A stretch of DNA of 64,000 nucleotides from Salegentibacter sp. (GTDB lineage: Bacteria > Bacteroidota > Bacteroidia > Flavobacteriales > Flavobacteriaceae): contig NZ_JBEPWD010000001.1 of NCBI RefSeq assembly GCF_041642575.1, forward strand, positions 74,749-138,748. The letters are read 5' to 3'. This document shows, piece by piece, positions 28,127 to 38,112 of the stretch. The notes under the pieces were generated by a model. It was given only the letters and a program-made list of their open reading frames with translations. It was not told where the DNA came from and did not search any database. Positions within the stretch are counted from its first letter, which is position 1; the number at the start of each line of letters is the position of its first letter. The translations under genes and the position numbers were made by a program.

Positions 28127-28610
28127 AGCGTGGGTTTATCAGGCTATCTATTAGTACTTCTTGTTCAAGTTCAAGGGAATCGTTTTCTAATCTTAAAGAA
28201 TCTATCTGAAGGCTATCAATTCCGCCATCAGCAGCAAGGATAGAATCATTAATCTTCCTTTCTACATCCCTAATAGAGTCCAGTTTAACTTTCATTCCCT
28301 GAAGATTTTCTTTTACCCGGAGATAGATATCTTCATATTCGGTATAATTTTCAGCATAAAAAGCATTGCTTCGCTCAAATTGCAGACTATCTATGCCAAA
28401 TTTCTCATAGATATATTCTTGCGGTTCTATCCCGGTCGCTTCAAACTTTCGCTTATTGAAATTGCGTGCCGAGGTCATGATGGAGATTTCAGTTAGTACC
28501 TCAACCATTTTATCTTCAGCAATGAGATTATCCGGTTTTTCAGTTTTCTCCACATTCTGGCAACTCGCAAAGACCAATATTAAAATTATAGAATATAGCC
28601 TGCTTTTCAT
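28110..28610 (-). CDS. DUF4296-like lipoprotein
   Basis: Lipobox FASC, PDNLIAEDKMVEVL, IDSLQFERSNAFY. Start set at MKSRL. Confidence 0.7.
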   Translation of the reverse strand: MKSRLYSIILILVFASCQNVEKTEKPDNLIAEDKMVEVLTEISIMTSARNFNKRKFEATGIEPQEYIYEKFGIDSLQFERSNAFYAENYTEYEDIYLRVKENLQGMKVKLDSIRDVERKINDSILAADGGIDSLQIDSLRLENDSLELEQEVLIDSLINPRSIEVQ

Positions 28611-28611
28611 C

Positions 28612-29955
28612 TTATCGATCAAATTCTATTCTTTCTGCCACTTTAGAAAAAGGCTGATGCTTGAAATTCTTGTAAACCAGGTTTCCGTTTACAAAGGTAT
28701 GGGTTACCCTCGATTTAAAAGTAACACCTTCAAAGGGAGACCATCCACATTTATATACAATATTGTCTGGTTGAACTGCCCAGGGGGCATTTAGATCTAC
28801 CAAAACCAAATCGGCTTTATAACCTACACGAATATACCCACGATCCTTTATCTGATAAAGAATTGCAGGATTATGACACATTTTTTCTACAATTTTCTCA
28901 AGGGAAATTTTTCCCTGATGGTGAAATTGTAACATTGCCGGAAGTGCATGTTGCACCAATGGCCCTCCACTTGGGGCTTTGGTATATTTGTTCTTCTTTT
29001 CCTCTTTGGTATGTGGGGCATGATCTGTAGCCAGCACATCAATATGACCATCTAAAAGACCCTGAAGCAAGGCTTCCTGATCTTTTTTCGTTTTCACTGC
29101 AGGGTTCCATTTTATAAGTGTTCCCTTTTTTGCGTAATCTGAATCATTAAACCATAAATGATGAACACAAACCTCAGCAGTAATTTTTTTATCTTTTAGA
29201 GGTTTTTTATTGCTAAAAAGTCCGATCTCCTTAGCTGTGGAAAGATGAAAAACGTGCAATCTGGCACCAGTCTTTTTGGCAAGGGCTACTGCTTTTGAAG
29301 AAGACAGGTAGCAGGCTTCCTCACTTCTTATCTTAGGATGAAGCTCCATTGGAATATCCTCTCCATAGCGCTCTATGGCTTCCTGAAGATTTTCCTGAAT
29401 GGTTTTTTCGTCTTCACAATGAACCGCAATCAACAGTGGAGATTTAGAAAAGATCTCCTCTAAAACCTTCTCATCATCAACCAGCATGTTCCCGGTAGAT
29501 GAACCAAGGAATAATTTTAAAGCAGCCGTTTTTTTGGGATCTACTTTTAATATTTCCTCCAGGTTATCATTAGTACCCCCAAACATAAAAGAGTAATTGG
29601 CATAAGAACTTTCGGCCGCCATTTGGAATTTTTCTTCCAGCAGCTCTACAGTAGTGGTTTGCGGTAGGGTATTAGGCATTTCAAAGAAAGAGGTAATTCC
29701 TCCTGCAACTGCAGCTTTTGATCCTGATTCAATGGTATCTTTATGAGTTAGGCCCGGCTCTCTGAAATGCACCTGATCGTCTATAAGACCAGGTAATAAA
29801 TAAGTGCCTTCAGCATCATAAATATTAACATCAGGAGACTTCGGACTAATGCTTTCTCCTATCTCTGCAATCACTCCATTTTCGATGAAAACGTCAGCTT
29901 CCTTTATTTTCCCTTCGTTAACAACACGAGCATTCTTAATTAAAACCTTCTTCAT
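28612..29955 (-). CDS. pyrC: Dihydroorotase
   Basis: PGLIDDQVHFREPG, KWNPAVK, ATDHAPH motifs. Confidence 0.92.
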   Translation of the reverse strand: MKKVLIKNARVVNEGKIKEADVFIENGVIAEIGESISPKSPDVNIYDAEGTYLLPGLIDDQVHFREPGLTHKDTIESGSKAAVAGGITSFFEMPNTLPQTTTVELLEEKFQMAAESSYANYSFMFGGTNDNLEEILKVDPKKTAALKLFLGSSTGNMLVDDEKVLEEIFSKSPLLIAVHCEDEKTIQENLQEAIERYGEDIPMELHPKIRSEEACYLSSSKAVALAKKTGARLHVFHLSTAKEIGLFSNKKPLKDKKITAEVCVHHLWFNDSDYAKKGTLIKWNPAVKTKKDQEALLQGLLDGHIDVLATDHAPHTKEEKKNKYTKAPSGGPLVQHALPAMLQFHHQGKISLEKIVEKMCHNPAILYQIKDRGYIRVGYKADLVLVDLNAPWAVQPDNIVYKCGWSPFEGVTFKSRVTHTFVNGNLVYKNFKHQPFSKVAERIEFDR

Positions 29956-30686
29956 TACAATTTATCTTTTTTAAAAAGACTTTTTATTTTCATAATTATT
30001 ACCCCAAATACGGCTTCAGAAATAATTCCACCGCTCATTTTAGAAGTCCCCTGAGTCCTGTCTGTAAAGATCACGGGCACTTCAGTTATTTTAAACCCAA
30101 GCAGATGTGCTTTAAATTTCATCTCGATCTGGAAGGCATACCCCACAAAGTGGATTCGATCCAGGTTAATTTTTTCCAGAACCTTTCTATTATAACAAAC
30201 AAAGCCGGCGGTAGTATCCTGAATATTCATCCTGGTAATTAACCTCACATACCTTGAAGCTCCCCAGGACAAAAGAACACGGCTCATTGGCCAGTTTATC
30301 ACATTCACGCCTGTAGCATAACGCGATCCAATAGCCACGTCATATCCTCCCCTTTTGCAGGCATTATACAATCTAATTAAATCGTTGGGATTATGGGAAA
30401 AATCGGCATCCATTTCAAAAACGTAATCATAATTTTTTTTTAATGCCCATTTAAACCCATGAATATATGCAGTCCCCAATCCTAGCTTTCCTCTGCGTTC
30501 TTCCAAAAACAGGTTATCATGATATTCAGCCTGTAGCGTCCTCACCCTATCGGCAGTACCATCGGGTGAATTATCATCTACCACCAGGATATCAAATTTG
30601 TGCTTTTGAGAGAAGACATTTCTAATCAGGCGCTCAATATTTTCAATCTCATTATAGGTGGGTATAATGATTATCCCCTTCGTCAT
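29955..30686 (-). CDS. Polyprenol monophosphomannose synthase (GT2)
   Basis: IIPTYNE, VDDNSPDGT, EMDADFSH motifs. Confidence 0.9.
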   Translation of the reverse strand: MTKGIIIIPTYNEIENIERLIRNVFSQKHKFDILVVDDNSPDGTADRVRTLQAEYHDNLFLEERRGKLGLGTAYIHGFKWALKKNYDYVFEMDADFSHNPNDLIRLYNACKRGGYDVAIGSRYATGVNVINWPMSRVLLSWGASRYVRLITRMNIQDTTAGFVCYNRKVLEKINLDRIHFVGYAFQIEMKFKAHLLGFKITEVPVIFTDRTQGTSKMSGGIISEAVFGVIIMKIKSLFKKDKL

Positions 30687-30789
30687 CCTAAAACTTTTTG
30701 CACAAATGTATGCATTTTAAATCTTCATTTTCTTCAGTTTTATAATCCCCGGGTTAACCTCAAAATTTTACATTTGTAAAAAATTTCAA

Positions 30790-31449
30790 TTGCAGGCAAT
30801 AGAACGACACGTAGAATCATTAGACTGGATAAGCCTTATCCTGCTGGGTGCCTTTATTCTGTTGAGCCTTGTAAAATCCACTTATCCACAGCGGTTTGAG
30901 GAATTTATCTCCCTGTTAACTTCGAACAAATTTATGGTGTTTAGAGGAAAGGAGTATAAGGCTTTTCATCCTTTTAACATTTTAATGTTTCTGCTGAATA
31001 TTTTATCGGTTTCTTTGTTTTTATTTCTGCTTTTTCAATTGTTCTCACCAATAGAAACTGTAGATAACCAGATGGTACTTTTTATAAGGATAGCAACCGG
31101 TTACACCAGTTTCGTACTGGTGAAATTCGGCATTGAGAAGATTATCGCCAATATCTTTGATCTTGACAGGATAATAGATTATTATCTTTACCAGAAACTA
31201 GCATACCGAAATTTTATAGCCTTGCTGCTGTTCATCCCCTTAATATTCTTTTTCTATGCTTTTACCCCGCCATTAATTTTGATGTACAGCCTTCTGGGAT
31301 TACTGATTTTAATGAATGTGGTTAGCTTAAGTACCATTTACAAACAAAATCAAAGTCTTATCAGCGCTAATTGGTTCTATTTTATTTTGTACCTTTGCAC
31401 TCTTGAAATTGCCCCTTATATTATTTTGTATAAGCTTTTTACAATTTAA
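30790..31449 (+). CDS. DUF4271-like membrane protein
   Basis: Multi-TM protein ending YFILYLCTLEIAP; TTG start just after TACATTTG (30770-30777). Confidence 0.7.
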   Translation: MQAIERHVESLDWISLILLGAFILLSLVKSTYPQRFEEFISLLTSNKFMVFRGKEYKAFHPFNILMFLLNILSVSLFLFLLFQLFSPIETVDNQMVLFIRIATGYTSFVLVKFGIEKIIANIFDLDRIIDYYLYQKLAYRNFIALLLFIPLIFFFYAFTPPLILMYSLLGLLILMNVVSLSTIYKQNQSLISANWFYFILYLCTLEIAPYIILYKLFTI

Positions 31450-31475
31450 ACAGGATCAAATTAAAGTACTGATAT

Positions 31476-32228
31476 ATGAAAGTGAAAACAATTTTGGTTT
31501 CTCAGCCAGAACCTAAAGTAGAAAATTCACCTTATTTTGAGCTTGAGGAAAAACAGCGTGTAAAAATTGATTTCATTCCCTTCATCCACGTAGAAGGAGT
31601 ATCTTCCAAAGAGGTAAGGCAACAAAAAGTTGACTTAACAAAATATACTGCGATCATCCTTACCAGCCGTAATGCTGTGGATCATTACTTTCGAATAGCT
31701 GAAGAAATGCGCTTTAAAGTTCCTGATACTTTAAAATACTTCTGCTTGAGCGAGGCCGTAGCCTATTACCTGCAAAAATATGTGGTATACCGTAAGCGGA
31801 AGATCTATGTTGGGAAAAGAAGTTTCGCCGAACTTTCTCCCCTCATAAAGAAATATAAAAACGAAAAGTTTCTCCTGCCTTCCTCAGACATGCTGAAACC
31901 AGATGTTCCAAAAACTCTTGATAAACTTGGGGTAGATTGGAAACAGGCTACTTTCTACAAAACCGTGGTGAGCGATCTTTCTCACTTGCGGGATGTAACT
32001 TATGATATTCTGGTTTTCTTTAGTCCTAGCGGAATTAAATCACTTTTTGAGAATTTCCCTGACTTTAAGCAACATGATACCCGCATTGCGGTTTTTGGGA
32101 ACACTACTATAAAAGCAGCCAAGGACCATGGTTTAACGGTAAATATTAAAGCACCAACTCCCGAAACTCCTTCAATGACTATGGCGCTTCAAAAATATAT
32201 TAATGAGGTTAATAAGAAACACGCTTAA
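31476..32228 (+). CDS. hemD: Uroporphyrinogen-III synthase
   Basis: ILVSQP, IILTSRNAV, VFFSPSGI motifs. Confidence 0.85.
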   Translation: MKVKTILVSQPEPKVENSPYFELEEKQRVKIDFIPFIHVEGVSSKEVRQQKVDLTKYTAIILTSRNAVDHYFRIAEEMRFKVPDTLKYFCLSEAVAYYLQKYVVYRKRKIYVGKRSFAELSPLIKKYKNEKFLLPSSDMLKPDVPKTLDKLGVDWKQATFYKTVVSDLSHLRDVTYDILVFFSPSGIKSLFENFPDFKQHDTRIAVFGNTTIKAAKDHGLTVNIKAPTPETPSMTMALQKYINEVNKKHA

Positions 32229-32250
32229 TTAGCTTCCATTTATTCTTAAT

Positions 32251-32287
32251 AAAAAATCCGGTATCATTGATGACACCGGATTTTTTT
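32251..32287. terminator. Bidirectional terminator between hemD and pckA
   Basis: AAAAAATCCGGT...ACCGGATTTTTT. Confidence 0.85.
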
Positions 32288-32309
32288 ATCCATTTAACTA
32301 ATTAAAAAA

Positions 32310-33908
32310 TCACGAAACGGGTCCTCCTGCAAGAATCTCAGGATTGGCGTTCTCTTCATATTTCTTAAAGTTCGATTTGAAAGAATTGGCGAGCTCTTTA
32401 GCCTTTTTATCATAAGCCATTTTGTCTTTCCATGTATTCCGCGGATTAAGGACTTCGGCAGGAACATCCTCACAGCTTACCGGCATATTCAAACCGAAAA
32501 TCTCATGTTTGGTATATTCCACCTCCTCAAGTTTTCCTTCCAGGGCAGCGCTTATCATAGCTCTAGTATATTGAAGTTTCATTCGGTTTCCTGTGCCATA
32601 AGGGCCGCCGGTCCAGCCGGTATTTACCAACCAAACGTGAACCTGCTCTTCTTTCATTTTGTTACTAAGCATTTCTGCGTAGCGTGTTGGATGAAGCGGC
32701 ATAAAAGGAGCTCCAAAACATGCTGAGAAGTTTGGTAAGGGCTCATCAATTCCTGCTTCGGTTCCTGCAACTTTCGCGGTATATCCACTAATGAAATGAT
32801 ATGCAGCCTGTCCAGGAGTTAATTTACTAATAGGAGGAAGCACACCAAAAGCATCGGCAGTAAGGAAGAAAATATTCTTTGGATTCTTTCCAACAGAAGG
32901 CTCCTTGATATGTTTAATATGATATATTGGATAACTTACCCTTGTATTTTGAGTTATTGTAGTATCCTGAAAATCTACCTCCCCTTTCTCATCCAAAACT
33001 ACATTCTCCAGAATGGCTCCCGGTTTAATCGCTTTATAAATATCCGGTTCGTTTTCCTCGGTAAGATTGATCACTTTAGCATAACATCCTCCTTCAAAAT
33101 TGAAAATAGTATTTTCCGGGGTCCAGCCGTGCTCATCGTCACCAATAAGCTTTCGCTGCGGATCGGCAGAAAGTGTGGTTTTTCCTGTTCCTGAAAGACC
33201 AAAGAAGATAGCTGTTTCGCCATCATCCCCAACATTCGCCGAGCAGTGCATTGGCAGCACGTTCTTATCTACAGGAAGAATAAAATTAAGTGCTGAAAAA
33301 ATCCCCTTTTTGATCTCCCCGGTATAACCGGTACCTCCAATTAAAGCGATCTTTTTACTGAAGTTCAGAATAGCAAAATTTTCTGCCCGGGTACCATCCA
33401 CTTCCGGATCGGCTTCAAAGCCCGGAGCATTCAGAATAAGCCAATCTTCCTTGAAATCTTTAAGTTCCTTTTCTTCAGGTCTTAAAAACATATTGTAGGC
33501 AAACATATTGGACCAGGGATATTCGTTAACCACCCTGATGTTCAACCTGTATTTATCTTCAGCGCAGGCATAGGCATCCCTGGCATAAATTTCTTTTCCA
33601 GACAAATACTCTGTGACCTTTTTATACAGCTGGTCAAACTTCTGTGGTTCAAACGGGATGTTGATATCTCCCCACCAAACTTTGTCTCGGGTAATTTCAT
33701 CTTTTACAATAAACCGATCCTTTGGAGAACGACCGGTAAATTTCCCGGTGTTCACGGCTAAGGCTCCAGAACTGGATTCAACGCCCTGTCCCTTTTCAAC
33801 TGTAATTCGATGTAATTCTTTCGGACTTAATTGATAGTGAAGTTTTGCGTCTTTGATCCCGTACTCCTCTAACGAAATCGTTTTCGTAATTTGGGTGTTT
33901 GCGAACAT
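32310..33908 (-). CDS. pckA: Phosphoenolpyruvate carboxykinase (ATP)
   Basis: TGRSPKD, YTGEIKK, GLSGTGKTT, IGDDEH, NTRVSYP motifs. Confidence 0.98.
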   Translation of the reverse strand: MFANTQITKTISLEEYGIKDAKLHYQLSPKELHRITVEKGQGVESSSGALAVNTGKFTGRSPKDRFIVKDEITRDKVWWGDINIPFEPQKFDQLYKKVTEYLSGKEIYARDAYACAEDKYRLNIRVVNEYPWSNMFAYNMFLRPEEKELKDFKEDWLILNAPGFEADPEVDGTRAENFAILNFSKKIALIGGTGYTGEIKKGIFSALNFILPVDKNVLPMHCSANVGDDGETAIFFGLSGTGKTTLSADPQRKLIGDDEHGWTPENTIFNFEGGCYAKVINLTEENEPDIYKAIKPGAILENVVLDEKGEVDFQDTTITQNTRVSYPIYHIKHIKEPSVGKNPKNIFFLTADAFGVLPPISKLTPGQAAYHFISGYTAKVAGTEAGIDEPLPNFSACFGAPFMPLHPTRYAEMLSNKMKEEQVHVWLVNTGWTGGPYGTGNRMKLQYTRAMISAALEGKLEEVEYTKHEIFGLNMPVSCEDVPAEVLNPRNTWKDKMAYDKKAKELANSFKSNFKKYEENANPEILAGGPVS

Positions 33909-33985
33909 AAATTATTAAGTGTGTGGTTTGTTTAGGCTTACAAAATTATAAATCTTATGCGGAATAAGGAGTCTGCTCTCTTATT

Positions 33986-34375
33986 TTATTCATTTTTTAA
34001 CGAAATAAATTTTATCCCTAAAATCAACCAGGCAAGTATAAGCAGCGACCCCCCTATTGGCGTAATCAAAGCAATGCTTCTGAAGTCGATGAGTGTGAGG
34101 TCATTTGTGGCCAGAAGATATATGGAACCCGAGAATAAAATCACCCCGACCACCAGGAGATAAAAAACACCTGTTAATTTTTTAAGACCGGGAATTTTAA
34201 ACCCACCAATAATCAGGAGTAAGAGCGCATGATAAATTTGGTATTTCACTCCTGTTTCAAAAGATTTTAGCGAAGCCTCCTCCAGTAACGGACCTAGCCC
34301 ATGAGTGGCAAAAGCACCTATTATAACACCCAGAAATCCAAAAATACTTCCGGCAACCAAAAATTGCTTGTTCAT
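33986..34375 (-). CDS. DUF423 (YgdD/TMEM256) membrane protein
   Basis: GAFATH, YQIYHAL, FSGSIY, ITPIGG motifs. Confidence 0.88.
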   Translation of the reverse strand: MNKQFLVAGSIFGFLGVIIGAFATHGLGPLLEEASLKSFETGVKYQIYHALLLLIIGGFKIPGLKKLTGVFYLLVVGVILFSGSIYLLATNDLTLIDFRSIALITPIGGSLLILAWLILGIKFISLKNE

Positions 34376-34441
34376 CCTTTAATTTTTTATGAAGTAAAGA
34401 TTTAATACATTCGTTACCACTACACAAAATTAACTTATTTT

Positions 34442-35815
34442 ATGCGACAAATTTTAATAATTGGTGCGGGAAAATCTACTTCCGTGCTTATCAACCACCT
34501 GCTTGAAAATGCGGAATCACAAGATCTTTTTCTAAGAATTGGAGATATGGATCTTGAAACTGCACAAAAAGCCACCCAAAACCATAAACGCTGTGAAGCC
34601 CTTGCCCTGAATGTCTTTGACCCTGCGAGCCGGGAAGCTGCCATTAAAAATGCCGATATTGTAATATCCATGCTCCCGGCCCGATTTCATATAGAGGTAG
34701 CCCGGGATTGTGTGAAATTCAAAAAAAACATGGTCACCGCCTCTTACATTAGCAAAGAGATGAAAGCCCTGGATGAGGAGGTAAAGAAAAACAACCTGGT
34801 CTTTATGAATGAGATTGGAGTTGATCCAGGCATAGATCACATGAGTGCTATGCAGGTTATAGACCGAATTCGGGATAAAGGCGGGAAAATGCTCATGTTT
34901 GAGTCATTTACCGGAGGTCTTGTGGCCCCTGAAAGCGACACCAACCTTTGGAATTACAAATTTACCTGGAACCCCAGAAATGTTGTGGTTGCAGGTCAAG
35001 GTGGGGTTGCCGAATTTATTCAGGAAGGAAAATTCAAATTCATTCCTTACCATAGATTATTCAGAAGAACTGAATTTCTTCATATTGATGGCTATGGGAA
35101 ATTTGAGGGATATGCTAACCGAAATTCCCTGGACTATATGAGCATTTACGGACTGGAAGATATCTTAACGCTTTACCGCGGAACTATTAGACGAGTAGGC
35201 TTTAGCCGTGCCTGGAATATGTTTGTTCAATTAGGTATGACCGATGATAGTTTTACGATGCACGATTCTGAAAATATGAGCTATCGTGACTTCGTGAATT
35301 CCTTTTTACCCTACTCTCCAACCGATTCTGTAGAGCTTAAGCTTCGGCATAATTTAAAGATCGATCAGGACGATGTGATGTGGGAGAAATTGCTTGAACT
35401 GGATATCTTCAACGATAAAAAGAAAATAGGAATTAAAAACGCCACCCCGGCACAGGCACTTCAGAAGATACTTATGGATAAGTGGTCTCTTGCTCCCGAC
35501 GATAAGGATATGATCGTGATGTATCATAAATTCGGTTATGAATTAAACGGAGAGAAAAAACAGATAGATTCTACCATGGTACATATTGGTAGAAATCAAA
35601 CCGAAACCGCCATGGCCAAAACTGTGGGATTACCTGTGGCGATTGCGACCATCAAGATCTTAAATGGAGAAATTAGCACTCCTGGGGTTCAATTGCCAAT
35701 TAAAAAAGAGGTTTATGAACCTATCCTAAAAGAACTTGAGAAGCATGATATTATTTTCAAGGAGAAAGAATCTGAATACCTGGGATATAACCCCTTTGGA
35801 GAAGTAGGCAATTAA
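34442..35815 (+). CDS. Saccharopine dehydrogenase family protein
   Basis: GAGKS, VTASY, NEIGVDPGIDH, YKFTWNP, MAKTVG motifs. Confidence 0.9.
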   Translation: MRQILIIGAGKSTSVLINHLLENAESQDLFLRIGDMDLETAQKATQNHKRCEALALNVFDPASREAAIKNADIVISMLPARFHIEVARDCVKFKKNMVTASYISKEMKALDEEVKKNNLVFMNEIGVDPGIDHMSAMQVIDRIRDKGGKMLMFESFTGGLVAPESDTNLWNYKFTWNPRNVVVAGQGGVAEFIQEGKFKFIPYHRLFRRTEFLHIDGYGKFEGYANRNSLDYMSIYGLEDILTLYRGTIRRVGFSRAWNMFVQLGMTDDSFTMHDSENMSYRDFVNSFLPYSPTDSVELKLRHNLKIDQDDVMWEKLLELDIFNDKKKIGIKNATPAQALQKILMDKWSLAPDDKDMIVMYHKFGYELNGEKKQIDSTMVHIGRNQTETAMAKTVGLPVAIATIKILNGEISTPGVQLPIKKEVYEPILKELEKHDIIFKEKESEYLGYNPFGEVGN

Positions 35816-35848
35816 TAGTTATTTTAGCCTTACTAAAAATCACTTTTA

Positions 35849-36319
35849 ATGAAAGTAGTAAACGAAAATGTAGTTGTAGATGGTATCGATAAGACCATTC
35901 TGAATCATTTAATGGAAGATGCCAAAAAGCCTATCCTGGAAATTGCCCGGAGTATTGGTATTACGGGAGCAGCTATTCATCAACGTTTACGAAAATTGGA
36001 AAAAAGTGGCTTGATCGAAGGCTCTAAACTTATTATAGACCCCCGCGTGCTGGGCTACAAAACCATGGCATTCGTGGGGGTTTATTTAGATAAGGCCGTG
36101 AGTAACCCACAGGCGGTAAAAAAGCTCAATGAAATACCAGAAGTTATCGAGTGCCATTATACCACCGGGAACTGGTCTATTTTTCTGAAAATACTATGCA
36201 GGGACAACGAACATTTAATGCAGGTTTTAAACAAAAATATTCAGGCTATTGACGGGGTTTCCAGAACCGAAACTTTTATTTCGTTAAATCAACAAATTAA
36301 GCGGCAAATTAAGATCTAA
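35849..36319 (+). CDS. Lrp/AsnC family transcriptional regulator
   Basis: IDKTILNHL...HQRLRKLEKSG HTH; ECHYTTG RAM domain. Confidence 0.93.
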   Translation: MKVVNENVVVDGIDKTILNHLMEDAKKPILEIARSIGITGAAIHQRLRKLEKSGLIEGSKLIIDPRVLGYKTMAFVGVYLDKAVSNPQAVKKLNEIPEVIECHYTTGNWSIFLKILCRDNEHLMQVLNKNIQAIDGVSRTETFISLNQQIKRQIKI

Positions 36320-36320
36320 T

Positions 36321-36339
36321 ATTTGGAATAATTCTAAAT
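36321..36339. promoter_or_regulatory. Fur-like palindromic box over the -33 region of the 36362 promoter
   Basis: ATTTGGAATAATTCTAAAT (17/18 to consensus); perfect -7 box TAATTTTG at 36346-36353. Confidence 0.7.
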
Positions 36340-36361
36340 AAGATTTAATTTTGGCGTTAGA

Positions 36362-36676
36362 ATGAACACACTTTATAAGGCCCAAAAATTCACTTCTTTC
36401 CAATGCGATAATTCGCGGGTTTTTTATATTGAGTTTGAGCATAAAACAGTTAAGCTTAGCTTTTGCCAATTGCTTGCCTTTAGGGAACAAGTCAAAAACA
36501 TAGACCTCGATGCTCATTTTAGCGGAAAAAACAAACACGGTATTGAAATTCTGGTTTTGTGCAACCGTTCCCATATTCTCATTTTTGGTACTCTTGAATG
36601 TATTGCACTAAAAGAATTAATGCAAGGTACTTTTGCTATGCTTGAGCTCAATTCCCTTCTTACCGCTACAGCCTAA
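36362..36676 (+). CDS. Hypothetical protein upstream of ferritin
   Basis: 104-aa ORF with four Cys and three His, fills the gap between Lrp and ferritin and has its own promoter. Confidence 0.7.
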   Translation: MNTLYKAQKFTSFQCDNSRVFYIEFEHKTVKLSFCQLLAFREQVKNIDLDAHFSGKNKHGIEILVLCNRSHILIFGTLECIALKELMQGTFAMLELNSLLTATA

Positions 36677-36681
36677 ACCTG

Positions 36682-36700
36682 CTTTAGAATCTTTCTAAAT
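36682..36700. promoter_or_regulatory. Second Fur-like box upstream of ferritin
   Basis: CTTTAGAATCTTTCTAAAT (16/18 to consensus). Confidence 0.65.
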
Positions 36701-36755
36701 TCTATTGAAAATTAGGTGCTTAATTGCATTTTGGCTAATTTTAGAAAAAAGTATT

Positions 36756-37271
36756 ATGAAAGATATTGTAAGACAGAAATTAAGCATCAATGTAGAAATT
36801 ATGGATATGCTTAATAAGCAGATAGAAAAGGAAGCAGTTTCCTCTTCTGCATACCTGGCAATGGCCTCCTGGTGTGATCATAACGGATTGTTGAATAGTG
36901 CCAGCTTTTTTTATAATCAATCTTCAGAAGAGCGGGAGCACATGTTGAAGATCTTCAAGTTTATAAATGATAACGGTGGTACTGCCTATTCTCCTGAAAT
37001 AAAAAAAGTGATGCACGACTTCAATTCGCTCGAAGAGATATTTGAAGCTGCCCTCGACCAGGAAATAGAAATTACCAAAAGTATACACAACCTAGTTCAA
37101 AAAGCCAGGAAACTAAACGATTTTACAACTGAATACTTCCTGCAGTGGTTTGTAAATGAGCAAATGGAAGAAGAACAAACTATGCGAAGAGCCTTGGAAA
37201 TATTTGACCTTATGGGGGATGAACCGCTTAAGTATATAGACGAAAGAATTTCCCAGGTAAGGGAAGAATAA
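36756..37271 (+). CDS. ftnA: Non-heme ferritin
   Basis: Ferroxidase residues: QIEKE..SS.AY, EEREH, LDQE, FLQWFVNEQMEEE. ATG at 36756. Confidence 0.93.
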   Translation: MKDIVRQKLSINVEIMDMLNKQIEKEAVSSSAYLAMASWCDHNGLLNSASFFYNQSSEEREHMLKIFKFINDNGGTAYSPEIKKVMHDFNSLEEIFEAALDQEIEITKSIHNLVQKARKLNDFTTEYFLQWFVNEQMEEEQTMRRALEIFDLMGDEPLKYIDERISQVREE

Positions 37272-37276
37272 TTATT

Positions 37277-37301
37277 AGAGCCGCTAATGCGGCTCTTTTT
37301 T
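37277..37301 (+). terminator. Intrinsic terminator after ferritin
   Basis: AGAGCCGC-TAAT-GCGGCTCT followed by a T run. Confidence 0.85.
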
Positions 37302-37313
37302 ATACCTCCAAAT

Positions 37314-37940
37314 TTACATTTTGTCGGCAGGGATTTTAATAAGTTCCGCAATGGCAAAACCTTCGATCTCTATTGAAATAAGAAATAAACTTTCTCCGGG
37401 GATAATATCAACAATCTTAAAATTTTCAAGGTAACCAGACAGGCTAATTTCCTCAGATGGTTTTATCTTCTCCTCCAGTTTTTGATTAATCTCCCTTAAT
37501 TGTTTCTCGATGTGTGGAGAGAAATCCAGCTTCATTTTATTTTTTATTCTATCGTATATGAAAGTATTGGCCACCGCCTGAAGGCTCTTATCCATTAGCC
37601 AGTTGTTACTTTTCCCTTCGAGTTTAAAGTCTTTGACCATTATTTCCTGTTCCCCGGTATCAAATTCAATTGCTAAGTGAAGATGGATGCGTCCTTCTTT
37701 GTTTTTAAATAGCGAAGTGAGAGTTTTAAACTTAATATCCAACGCGAGATCATAGCCTTCTTTCCCGCTCTTTATAAGGGCCGCATCCAGGATTTCTGCA
37801 TAGCTGGTTACCTCGCCATCCTTATCCTCAGTTTCTATTCGCTCGCCTATCATTTTATCCCTTAAGGCCTTATCCAAAACATTAAAGCCAATCTTAACCG
37901 GAAGCCGTATAGAAATTTTATCTTGTAATGAATTGCTCAT
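37314..37940 (-). CDS. Hypothetical protein (DUF4403-like, tentative)
   Basis: 208-aa ORF; family suggested only by general resemblance. Confidence 0.5.
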   Translation of the reverse strand: MSNSLQDKISIRLPVKIGFNVLDKALRDKMIGERIETEDKDGEVTSYAEILDAALIKSGKEGYDLALDIKFKTLTSLFKNKEGRIHLHLAIEFDTGEQEIMVKDFKLEGKSNNWLMDKSLQAVANTFIYDRIKNKMKLDFSPHIEKQLREINQKLEEKIKPSEEISLSGYLENFKIVDIIPGESLFLISIEIEGFAIAELIKIPADKM

Positions 37941-38057
37941 AGAGGTAAGTTTAAAATTTACTCTCTAATTTAGAGTTTATCATTAAGAAAAAGGTAATAT
38001 TAAATCAGGTTTATACTTCTTAAGGTGAAAAATAGGATTTTGTTAACTTAATGGAAT

Positions 38058-38092
38058 AAAAAAAGCCCATGATCGTATATGATCATGGGCTT
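38058..38092 (-). terminator. Intrinsic terminator after the 38113 lipoprotein gene
   Basis: AAGCCCATGATC/GATCATGGGCTT perfect 12-bp stem with an A tract on the + strand. Confidence 0.85.
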
Positions 38093-38112
38093 AATACTAC
38101 TTTTATCCTGCC

